Assembly (NCBI GenBank): GCA_016932315.1
Contig: JAFGDD010000004.1
Coordinates: forward strand, 125,466-189,465
Reading direction: 5' to 3'
Source of the DNA: Candidatus Woesearchaeota archaeon
Lineage (GTDB): Archaea > Nanobdellota > Nanobdellia > Woesearchaeales > SM23-78
Length of the DNA: 64,000 nt
The position numbers and the translations under genes are program-made. Below, piece after piece: positions 35,825 through 44,591 of the stretch. Below the pieces are notes generated by a model. The model was not told the origin of the DNA. It saw nothing but the letters and a program-made list of their open reading frames with translations, and made no database searches. How positions within the stretch are numbered: position 1 is the first letter of the stretch; every line of letters begins with the position of its first letter.

Positions 35825-37618
35825 ATGCTCTTAGTTCTCATATTCATGAAGTACAACCTTAATGCTTTTAACAACGCAGTTAACTATTACCAGCAGAACC
35901 TGAAGAATTTCAGGAAGAAGACAGTCCTCATTGTTTTTGACGCGCATAATGAGCAGGCTTTCTTCTCAATGGCTCCTCTTAGCAGGGCTTTGCACAATCT
36001 TGGATGTGAACTCTCTGTGAGAGGCATTGACATGGAGTCTCCTGCATTGGAAGCACTAATGGATGTCTGGGAGGTTTTTGACGGCTTGGAGAAAGGAGTT
36101 AAGAATGAGAAAACCATTGCGTTGAATGACTTTATTGCAGAGGCTGACAAGAAAGCCAAGGGAGAAATCAGGAAGATTTTCAGGAAGCCTGATGTTTTTA
36201 TTCTTGATATGAAAAAAGATTTCCTTGTTAACGGGGATTTCCCATTGAAGTTCAGGAGTGAATGGTTCAGAAAGTACAGGTGGGATAAATTACTCGAAAC
36301 AGGCAAGGTTATATGGAAGCAGGTTTATAACCTGAAGAAGAGCGAGAAGGCAGGGCTTGGGTTTGATCTTATATGGAAGGATAAAGCTGCAAAATACCCG
36401 CTGGAGGATTACCTTGACTCATATGCAATCGCAAGGACTATGTGGCTGACTTGCTATGCAAAGAAAAAGCCTTTATCAGCCTATACTTCAAAGAAGACCA
36501 TGCTCGAGCCTTCTGAAAGAATAGGAGAATTAGCAGCCACGCTTCTTGGCTGCGAGCTTGAAAAAGATATTGATGAGCCTGTTTTCAAGAAGTTCAAGAA
36601 GCTATCTACTCTTCTAAAACTTGACAGGTTCAGCACCAATGATGTTTCATTCTCAATAAAGGGAGAAGGCTATCCTGGAAAGCACATCTTTGGAGAGACA
36701 ATAGGTTATCCTACTCCTAACAAGAAATCAAGATGGGACTCACCAGGAGGAATAATCTACCAACTACCATGGTATCCTCAGACCAAGGTAGATCCCCGCT
36801 CGCCCAGGTGCAGGATTGCGTTCACAGACACTCTTCCGCTCGACATTTACATCAGCAGCTGCTGCATTGACTGGCTTAAGATGAAGAAAAAGAATGATGC
36901 ATTGATAAGATTAGCCAATAAGTCTGACAGGATATTTGTGGAGTCAGCAAAAACCAACTTAGAAGTTAACCTTCTGAGGAAAAACAAGTCTCATGTCCTG
37001 GCGCTGAACTCAGATGTGGATGTGAGGTGGAAGCTCGACCCCAATTACCTGAAGAAAGGCATAAAGGCAGGAACTTACGCCAATATTCCCGGCGGTGAAA
37101 TGTTCTTGTCGCCAGAATGGATGAAAGGAACGTTTTACGGGGACGTCGTTATAAGCATTGATAAGAGCTATGTTCTCAACTCAAAGCAACCCCTTATCGT
37201 AAAGTGCGATGAGAAAGGCTACAAGATAATAAGCGGGCCAAAGGACATCATCAAGAAGATTAATGAGAAGAAGAATGAATCCATGAAAGTCTTGCTGAAG
37301 CAGGAGAAGAGCAAGTCCTTGCCTCAGGAGATTATCAACCTCAAGAAAGCCAACTTCAACCACATCGGAGAATTCGCAATTAATACCAACCCGACAGCAG
37401 AACTGTGCAAGTACTTGATTGTTAATGAGAAGATAGCCGGCATGATGCACATAGCACTGGGCTCAGGCTTTGAAGATGACCGGGCTTCAGTATACCATTA
37501 TGATATTGTTATTAATGCAAAAGAGCAGAAGCTCGACATCTACGGGATTAAAAAGGGAAAAGGCAGGGAAAAGGAGAAAAAGCTCTGGATGATGAAGAAA
37601 GGAAAACTTGCTGTCTGA
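35825..37618 (+). CDS. Large hypothetical protein with a C-terminal M29-like (aminopeptidase T/PepS-like) domain
   Basis: C-terminal segment NIPGGEMFLSP...GEFAINTNP...NEKIAGMMHIALGSGFED resembles M29 aminopeptidase motifs. The N-terminal ~350 aa are unassigned. It is adjacent to the M24 peptidase. Confidence 0.4.
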   Translation: MLLVLIFMKYNLNAFNNAVNYYQQNLKNFRKKTVLIVFDAHNEQAFFSMAPLSRALHNLGCELSVRGIDMESPALEALMDVWEVFDGLEKGVKNEKTIALNDFIAEADKKAKGEIRKIFRKPDVFILDMKKDFLVNGDFPLKFRSEWFRKYRWDKLLETGKVIWKQVYNLKKSEKAGLGFDLIWKDKAAKYPLEDYLDSYAIARTMWLTCYAKKKPLSAYTSKKTMLEPSERIGELAATLLGCELEKDIDEPVFKKFKKLSTLLKLDRFSTNDVSFSIKGEGYPGKHIFGETIGYPTPNKKSRWDSPGGIIYQLPWYPQTKVDPRSPRCRIAFTDTLPLDIYISSCCIDWLKMKKKNDALIRLANKSDRIFVESAKTNLEVNLLRKNKSHVLALNSDVDVRWKLDPNYLKKGIKAGTYANIPGGEMFLSPEWMKGTFYGDVVISIDKSYVLNSKQPLIVKCDEKGYKIISGPKDIIKKINEKKNESMKVLLKQEKSKSLPQEIINLKKANFNHIGEFAINTNPTAELCKYLIVNEKIAGMMHIALGSGFEDDRASVYHYDIVINAKEQKLDIYGIKKGKGREKEKKLWMMKKGKLAV

Positions 37619-37812
37619 AAGTGATGAAAAAATCTTTTTTTCCCTTTCTTCTGGAAATGAATCTCTGGGCAAACTTTTCTTCATTATTCTTAGAAAGCCA
37701 AGGGCGCCAATCCTTCCTGTTGGTGACGTATAATGTTTTTCCCAGCTCCACATCTATCTTGAGGTGGGCTGAAATTTATAGAATGTTCTGAACCAAATGA
37801 GAAAAATCCACA

Positions 37813-38547
37813 TCATCCTTTCTTTAGCGCAGCATCCCATAATATCTCGAATATTACCTTTTGTGATTTCTGCACTTCCTCGTTCTCTATTAGTATTCCT
37901 ATCGGCTCTTTTTTCAGCAGCGTTATGATTGCGACCTTGTTTCCGTAAATATAGGTTGCGTTTGTAGTCTCTTTTAGCTTTTCTATGAATTTGGTCTCTC
38001 TAAGCGCCTTTTTATCCTCTTTTCGCATCAGTTTAGATTTGTCTGAAAGTTCTGTTATCAATCTGAAAAATATCTTCTCGTCAATCCTCCTATTGACATA
38101 ATTCGGGACGTAGTGCTCAAGCAGATCCGACATCAGCTGCGTGTTTCCGTATCCGCAGATTGCCTGCTTTGCCTTGAGCATGTCCTCAAATATAGTTTTC
38201 ACTCCAGATTTTCCTTCATATAGCTCTATAGTGGGCTTTTCACCGACAGTCTGCTTTATTATTTCGAGCTGAGGGAGGATTCTTTTCAGCGCTCCAATCT
38301 TCTCTTCCTGTATCGACACCAGCCTTCGCGGGTCTATGGCGGTGAAGTATTTCACTCCTGACTTTATGACATAAGACACTGTGCCCTTCTCAAGGAGGGA
38401 TTTCAATATTCCATAGATGGTCGTTCTTGGCAGCGGCATCCTTTTTGATATGGCATCTACTTTTGCGCTGCCAAGCTCCAGCACTCCAATATAGACCCTG
38501 ATCTCATTCTCGCTCCATCCCAGCCGCCTGAGCTCTTCGTATTCCAT
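37813..38547 (-). CDS. TrmB-like wHTH transcriptional regulator
   Basis: N-terminal EIRVYIGVLELGSAKVDAISKRMPLPRTTIYGILKSLLEKG helix-turn-helix of the TrmB type. Confidence 0.6.
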   Translation of the reverse strand: MEYEELRRLGWSENEIRVYIGVLELGSAKVDAISKRMPLPRTTIYGILKSLLEKGTVSYVIKSGVKYFTAIDPRRLVSIQEEKIGALKRILPQLEIIKQTVGEKPTIELYEGKSGVKTIFEDMLKAKQAICGYGNTQLMSDLLEHYVPNYVNRRIDEKIFFRLITELSDKSKLMRKEDKKALRETKFIEKLKETTNATYIYGNKVAIITLLKKEPIGILIENEEVQKSQKVIFEILWDAALKKG

Positions 38548-38689
38548 GCTCTTCTAAGGTTGCGTCTTTTAATATTTAAATCTTCTTATGTTGATGTCTA
38601 AAGCAGACAACATAAGTTTATATATTTGTATTACTATTAGGTAGTAATAAGAACAAAAAGCCGGGCGGGCTTAAAGCGCAAAAAAAGAG

Positions 38690-39304
38690 GTGATGAAGAT
38701 GAAAGACCTTTTATCTGGAGAAGACTGGGAGCAAGAATCGAAGACGCCGGGTTCTTGTGACGGGTTAGAGAAATTGCTGGATAAGATAATCAGCTTAAAT
38801 AATGATACGGATGCTAAAAACAACGTCCTTTATGAACATCCCATTGATGTCTATCATGATCCTGAAAGAGGTATCTCGGTAGTTTTGACAGATGGCGCGT
38901 ATAAGTCCATTTATTACTGTTCGGGCAGCATTGGAAGTAAAACCGCGATCAATTATCAGAGGAGTTTTTATATCCTTGATGACAAGAGAGGAAAATATAT
39001 TTGCGACCAGTTCTCGCCTTACAAGAGCGAGGTTCATCACACGAGAAAAATGGAGCAAATATACGAGATCCAGGACGTCATAACAGCCAGAGTTAAACTT
39101 TATTTGAAATCGGTAACTCCGCGTGAAGCCCCTGAAAACAAAGCGGCAAAGATATCAACAGTTTATTTCGAACTGGAAAAGGACGGGAGTGCGGCAAGGT
39201 ATGACCTCTTTTGTGAGAACGAAAGCGGGAAAGAAATAAGCAAGGCTGTCGGTGGGCATATAATAACCACTCAGAACTGGCGTGCTATAACACAAGACCT
39301 GTAA
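38690..39304 (+). CDS. Hypothetical protein
   Basis: 204-aa ORF with an RBS-like agaggtga upstream. No motif. Confidence 0.4.
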   Translation: MMKMKDLLSGEDWEQESKTPGSCDGLEKLLDKIISLNNDTDAKNNVLYEHPIDVYHDPERGISVVLTDGAYKSIYYCSGSIGSKTAINYQRSFYILDDKRGKYICDQFSPYKSEVHHTRKMEQIYEIQDVITARVKLYLKSVTPREAPENKAAKISTVYFELEKDGSAARYDLFCENESGKEISKAVGGHIITTQNWRAITQDL

Positions 39305-39515
39305 ATATAATAAACTGGCTCTAAACCAGAAAAACTGGGAATTGTCCTGCCTTCAAGTGGGAATGCGACAATAGTCTCCGCCGCAGGTGAGAAGTATAGA
39401 GAATACGACTGTAAAACTGGCGGTTCAAAAAGGGTGGTATACCCTGATGTGATTGAAGCGGCAATAAAATAAGACCACTTGTTATCAGCCAAGTTTTTGT
39501 TTATCCCTGTTAATT

Positions 39516-40460
39516 CTATGTAAAAAAAGCTCCTTGTAAGTTATAAAAATGGCCTAGGTGACACGCTCTCTTAAAAGCACTAACAGCCACCCTTATTTTG
39601 GCGTCAGGGTACTTTGGCCGGTTTTTTTTAATTATGTTATACAATAATTGCTCATCTCGAACAAGCTTTTCAAAAGTTTCAACCCCATTCATCAGAGACT
39701 CACTTTCCCTAAAAGGAGCCCCAGCAAGATCGATCAGCTCAAAATAAATCATTTCGCCAAGCTTTCTGTAATGATTCTTTGAATCTTCAAACCCCATTTT
39801 TTCTACCATTTCATCTGCGAATTTATCCTCCTCTCTGATAATCTCTTCTTCCAATTCTTCTTCGAGGATTACTGCTTTTGCAATGCTTAATATCATCTTA
39901 TGGGTTTCAGCGTTTTCTTCAAGAAAAGACTTTGCTTGGAACACCTTAACAAGCGCAGCTTCCCTGAAAAACATTAATTCAAAGAAATGCAGAGCGACCT
40001 CTTTTAAGTTAGCGGGTTTTTTTCTCATCAGGGTAATGGTGTGAAGCTCTAAAATTAGGATGGAATGTATCTTTCTGAGCGATTCAATTATAGCTTCTTG
40101 TTTTTGTCTTCCATAAGCTATCTTGCGGGTCATATCGGCAAGCTCCATCTTGCTTTTTTCTGAATTAATTCTTTTTAAGTCAGAAAAAATTTCACGGTCT
40201 AGCTTCTCCTCATTTTTAGTTTCTGCTAGTTCTTCAGTTATAAGCGCCGCAATTTGATTCAAAACCCGATTAAAAAGTTCAGGGCTCTTGAGTGTCAAAT
40301 CTATGTTCTTGAATGAGAAATTTTTTGCCAACTCTTCTTTAATTTCAAAAGAGGAGACATATTCATCAAAAGTGTTTATCCTATTTTTTTTATTCTCATC
40401 TGTAAGAATTTCATTTCCAAGCGTTTTTTTATCTCTTATCAGGTGCGTAAATAACCCCAT
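39516..40460 (-). CDS. Hypothetical coiled-coil protein
   Basis: 314-aa ORF, Glu/Lys-rich helical character. Confidence 0.4.
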   Translation of the reverse strand: MGLFTHLIRDKKTLGNEILTDENKKNRINTFDEYVSSFEIKEELAKNFSFKNIDLTLKSPELFNRVLNQIAALITEELAETKNEEKLDREIFSDLKRINSEKSKMELADMTRKIAYGRQKQEAIIESLRKIHSILILELHTITLMRKKPANLKEVALHFFELMFFREAALVKVFQAKSFLEENAETHKMILSIAKAVILEEELEEEIIREEDKFADEMVEKMGFEDSKNHYRKLGEMIYFELIDLAGAPFRESESLMNGVETFEKLVRDEQLLYNIIKKNRPKYPDAKIRVAVSAFKRACHLGHFYNLQGAFFT

Positions 40461-40516
40461 AATATTCTCTTTTGAATTTCAGTTTAATAAACGTTTCCTT
40501 TTTTTTATAATCAGAA

Positions 40517-41779
40517 CTAGATAAACAATAAGCTTATCGCGCCAACGGCAATTATAGCTGCGAATATTACGTTAACTTTTTTCTTGAACTCTGAGCTTCC
40601 GAATACGTTGGCAATGCCTGCCTTGACAATGGTGTTGACGATGACTGCAATCACTACAGAAACCACCCCAACATTAGCTGTTATGCTACCTGCCTTGGCG
40701 AGTTCTGCAACGCTGACAACCAAGGCGTCAACATCTGCCAGACCAGATAATAATGCTGAGAGATAAACTCCTTTTGAGCCGAGGTATTCCAAGCCGATCT
40801 TTGCTATGAAGAGCACGATGATGAAGAACACTGCGAATTTCAAAGCAGGCTTCATTGTAAAGGGGCTGTGAATGTTTACATCCTTATCCTTTTCGCTAAT
40901 CTTTTCCTTTCTAGTCCACACCAAGAGCGCAGCAATTACGCCTGTAGCCCCCATGGCTATGAGCGGGATTAATAGCTTCGGAAGGAGCGACTTGTTTAAT
41001 ATGCTGATGACGACAAGCACCCTGAAGAACATAGTGGATGAAGCAATTACCATTGCAAAAACAAAAGGATTAACAATCTTGTTTACTGTCTTGGAAGTAT
41101 TAGCCATGCTCATACTGACTGCAGTACTGGAAACAAAGCCCCCTAAGAATCCAGTTAGCCCAATGCCTTTTTTCGTGCCCACGATTTTCATTGTAATATA
41201 ACCCAAGAAGCTAATGCCTGAGATAAGCACGACAATCCACCAGATTTTATATGGATTAAAAACGCTATAAGGCCCGTATGCCTGATTAGGAAGAAAAGGC
41301 AGGATGATGAAAGCGATGATCGCAAATTTTAATGTTGAATAAATATCCTCCTTATTCATTTTGTGGACAAAGGTGTGCAAAGGCCCTTTTAACGATAGGA
41401 AGAGTGTGACAATGATGGCGCTTATTACAGCAAGCCTTAACTGACCGACCATGCACATTGCGCCGATCATGAAGACGGCAAAACTGGCGATTTCTGTAGT
41501 CGCTCCTACGCTCTTGGTAATCTGGGATTCAGCCAAATAAAATACTATGGCAAAGACAGCAAAGCACACAATGCCTGCTACAAGAATCCAGAATGAGTAA
41601 AGATACGCAAGGTAGCCGACTAGTGCGCCAAGAATGGAGACTAATGTGAAAGTTCTTATGCCACCGAAGCTTTCCTTCTTATCTTTAAGCAATGAGAACT
41701 CTCTCTCCAAGCCAACCAGCACACCCATGGCTATTGCAACAAGGAAGTTAATAAAGAAAGCCAGCGTGATTTCACTCAT
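40517..41779 (-). CDS. MgtC/SapB-family plus DUF4010 membrane protein
   Basis: N-terminal GVLVGLEREFS...GGIRTFTLVSILGALVGY is the MgtC signature. There are about 10 TM helices. Confidence 0.7.
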   Translation of the reverse strand: MSEITLAFFINFLVAIAMGVLVGLEREFSLLKDKKESFGGIRTFTLVSILGALVGYLAYLYSFWILVAGIVCFAVFAIVFYLAESQITKSVGATTEIASFAVFMIGAMCMVGQLRLAVISAIIVTLFLSLKGPLHTFVHKMNKEDIYSTLKFAIIAFIILPFLPNQAYGPYSVFNPYKIWWIVVLISGISFLGYITMKIVGTKKGIGLTGFLGGFVSSTAVSMSMANTSKTVNKIVNPFVFAMVIASSTMFFRVLVVISILNKSLLPKLLIPLIAMGATGVIAALLVWTRKEKISEKDKDVNIHSPFTMKPALKFAVFFIIVLFIAKIGLEYLGSKGVYLSALLSGLADVDALVVSVAELAKAGSITANVGVVSVVIAVIVNTIVKAGIANVFGSSEFKKKVNVIFAAIIAVGAISLLFI

Positions 41780-41949
41780 TAGATTAGATGTTGTTTGTAA
41801 ATTTAAAAATGTTTTTGTTTTAATTTAAAATAAAGATTTTTTTAAATATTTTTTTTCTAATAAAAATTCTTTCGGCGAAATTGAACGATTTTGTCGTCAA
41901 TAATGCGTAATGGTAAGGTTTATAAAGCAAACTCTATTTCGCGCTTCTT

Positions 41950-43089
41950 ATGAACACTAAAGAGGAAGTGAAGAGGTCATCATTCTATTCATACACCACC
42001 TCTGCCAACGAAATAGAGGAGGAAAATAGGGTTCTTAGGGAAACGCTCTCCCAGCTGAGGGAAGAGGTTGAGAGATTCAGGAGCCCCGCGTTGATGATGG
42101 CGGAAGTTATTGATGTCCTTGACAAAGGAGCACTAATATCCTTGCCTAACGGCAACAAGTTCCTCGTCAGGATTTCACGCGAGATAAAAAACCTTTTGCC
42201 AGGTGAGAGCGTTTTGGTAGAGCAGAGAAATCTTAACATCATTGACAAGGTTGTTTCCTCAAAGAACTTTAATGTTGACAAGTTTGTGATTGTGGAGAAG
42301 CCTGATGATAAATGGACAGAAATTGGAGGGCTAGAGCCTCAGATTCAGGAGATAAAAGAAGTAATAGAGCTGCCCCTCAAAAATCCTGAGCTTTTTAAGA
42401 AAGTAGGAATACATCCGCCCAAAGGAATATTATTGCATGGGCCGCCAGGCACAGGAAAAACATTACTGGCAAAAGCAGTTGCGAGCTCAACACAAAGTAC
42501 ATTCATAGAGATTGTTGGCTCTGAGCTTGTTCAGAAATTCATAGGAGAAGGAGCAAAGCTGGTGAAAGAAATATTCCAATTGGCAAGGGAGAAAGCACCG
42601 AGCATAGTATTCATTGACGAGCTTGACGCTCTCGCTGCAAAAAGAGTAGACATCGGAACGAGCGGCGAAAGAGAAGTTCAGAGAACATTCATGCAATTCC
42701 TGGCAGAAATCGACGGGTTCAAGCCACTGGCAAATGTAAAAATAATTGGCTGCACAAATAGATTAGACATACTTGATCCAGCAGTCATAAGGCCTGGAAG
42801 ACTAGACAGATTAATTGAGGTTCCACTGCCTAACGATAAAGGATTAGAAGCAATATTCAAGATACACACAAGAAATATGACCCTGGATAAGAGTATTAAG
42901 GTTGAATCCATTCTTAAGAAGATGAAAGGATTCTCAGGAGCAGAAGTCAAGGCAACATGCACAGAAGCAGGCTACTTCGCTATAAGGAATAACAGGATGA
43001 AAGTCACGCACCACGACTTCCTCTGCGCAATTGACAAGATTAAGAAGGAAGAAGCAGAAAGCAACGACTTCGAGCAGATGTTCGGCTGA
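41950..43089 (+). CDS. pan: Proteasome-activating nucleotidase (PAN), AAA+ ATPase
   Basis: N-terminal coiled coil, OB domain, Walker A GPPGTGKTLLAKAVA, Walker B IVFIDELDA, second region of homology. Confidence 0.9.
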   Translation: MNTKEEVKRSSFYSYTTSANEIEEENRVLRETLSQLREEVERFRSPALMMAEVIDVLDKGALISLPNGNKFLVRISREIKNLLPGESVLVEQRNLNIIDKVVSSKNFNVDKFVIVEKPDDKWTEIGGLEPQIQEIKEVIELPLKNPELFKKVGIHPPKGILLHGPPGTGKTLLAKAVASSTQSTFIEIVGSELVQKFIGEGAKLVKEIFQLAREKAPSIVFIDELDALAAKRVDIGTSGEREVQRTFMQFLAEIDGFKPLANVKIIGCTNRLDILDPAVIRPGRLDRLIEVPLPNDKGLEAIFKIHTRNMTLDKSIKVESILKKMKGFSGAEVKATCTEAGYFAIRNNRMKVTHHDFLCAIDKIKKEEAESNDFEQMFG

Positions 43090-43137
43090 TATCTGAAATT
43101 CAAAACGTTTATATATTCTTAAATAACTTTTTTTATT

Positions 43138-43875
43138 ATGCAATTAACTATTCTTGGAAGCGGAACCTGTGTGCCAGGCCTGAAAAGGAATGGTCCTGCT
43201 AATTTCTTACAAATAGGAAAAAAGAAAATATTGGTGGATTGCGGCTTAGGATCGCTCCTTCAGTTAGAACGCGCCGGAGAAAGTTACAAGGACATAGACC
43301 TGGTTTTTATTACGCACACGCACGTCGACCATATATGTGAGCTTCCTTCACTGATATGGGTGCTAAAGTGGACGCCTGGTTTTGTAAGGAAAAAAAATCT
43401 TCTCATAGTAGGCTATAAGGGTTTTAAAGAATTCTATTATAATGTCATAGAAAAAATGTCTAAAAAGCCCAATACTTTCAAGATAATTGTAAAGGAAATG
43501 AAGAAAAGGATGGTGTTTGATGATTTTGCTGTTGAAAATATTCACACTCTTCATACGCCCATCAGCACGGCTTTTAAGTTCATTCACAAAAATAAGAGCC
43601 TGGTTATCTCAGGTGACACTGACATAAATGAAAGACTTATTCGATTCTCAAAGAACGCAGATCTTCTTGTTCTTGAATGCTCATTTCCGAATAATAAAAA
43701 ATGTAAGCTTCACCTCATCCCGCGGGAATGCGGCGAAATTGCAAAACGTGCTAATGTAAAAAAGCTTTTGCTCACCCATCTCTATCCCGCATCACCAGAG
43801 ACTCGGCTCGAAGAGACAAAAATGATATTCAAGAACACAATCATTGCGAAGGACTTGATGAAAATAAACATTTAA
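43138..43875 (+). CDS. MBL-fold metallo-hydrolase, RNase Z-like short form (lacks the GEGTQ motif)
   Basis: MQLTILGSGTCVP...ILVDCGLG...FITHTHVDH. The HxHxDH motif is present. Confidence 0.65.
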   Translation: MQLTILGSGTCVPGLKRNGPANFLQIGKKKILVDCGLGSLLQLERAGESYKDIDLVFITHTHVDHICELPSLIWVLKWTPGFVRKKNLLIVGYKGFKEFYYNVIEKMSKKPNTFKIIVKEMKKRMVFDDFAVENIHTLHTPISTAFKFIHKNKSLVISGDTDINERLIRFSKNADLLVLECSFPNNKKCKLHLIPRECGEIAKRANVKKLLLTHLYPASPETRLEETKMIFKNTIIAKDLMKINI

Positions 43876-43886
43876 AGAGTGATATT

Positions 43887-44378
43887 ATGCCTACAATATC
43901 TTCTGTTAACGGAGAAAAGAAGAACATCAAGTGCATAGGCTGCGCGCTGCAAAAAGGAATAATTCAAACTCAAGGCGGAGTTGTTTTCGAAGGCAAGCAT
44001 TTTGAGATAAGGCAGGATTATGAAATCCCGGTTCCCGGCTTCTTTGTCCTAAGCTCCAAAAGGCACATTGTCGGCTTTGCTGATTTTAATAATGAAGAAA
44101 AACAAGAATTTATTGAAGTCCTATGGAAACTAAGAAAGGGCATGAAAGAAATTCTCAAGATAAAATACATTGACCTGCTCTTCAGGGAAGACATTATTGA
44201 GAGCAAGATTAATCCCTCGCACTTTCATATTGCACTGCTGCCGAAGCAGAAATGGATGAATGAGTTCAAAAGTTATGGAGAAATCTTTGCCGAGGCTAAA
44301 AAAATAAACAATCCTGCCAACATGAAGCAAATCGAAATAGCTGTTGACAAGATGAAGAATTATTTCTCCAAATTTTAA
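43887..44378 (+). CDS. HIT-like protein with a degenerate histidine triad (HFHIALL) and an N-terminal CxxC
   Basis: HIT fold pattern with H-x-H-x-A instead of H-x-H-x-H. CIGCAL is near the N-terminus. Confidence 0.5.
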   Translation: MPTISSVNGEKKNIKCIGCALQKGIIQTQGGVVFEGKHFEIRQDYEIPVPGFFVLSSKRHIVGFADFNNEEKQEFIEVLWKLRKGMKEILKIKYIDLLFREDIIESKINPSHFHIALLPKQKWMNEFKSYGEIFAEAKKINNPANMKQIEIAVDKMKNYFSKF

Positions 44379-44490
44379 TGTGCGCTCAGAAGTTACTTCC
44401 GTTCTTCATAGCGTTAGCTCAGTGGGTGTTCACTTCTTCATTGCGCGATAATAGAAAAGAAACAACTTTATTTAAATCTTTACAATAGTC

Positions 44491-44591
44491 GAAAGCTGCC
44501 AGTGCCACCCCGAAGGGGGCAGCCCCCGTCACAGCAACCTTGCACCTTGACATAAATGTCTGCGGTGCAGTTGCAGGTTGCGGCAGCTTTC
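44491..44591. repeat. GC-rich structured element 'A' (family A/B/C), abutting the stop codon of the Trm5-like gene
   Basis: 10-bp closing inverted repeat gaaagctgcc...ggcagctttc. Core gccaccccgaagggggcagcccccgtcacagc, where a G5 run can pair with either the upstream C4 or the downstream C5 run. There is an internal second hairpin. Confidence 0.5.
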
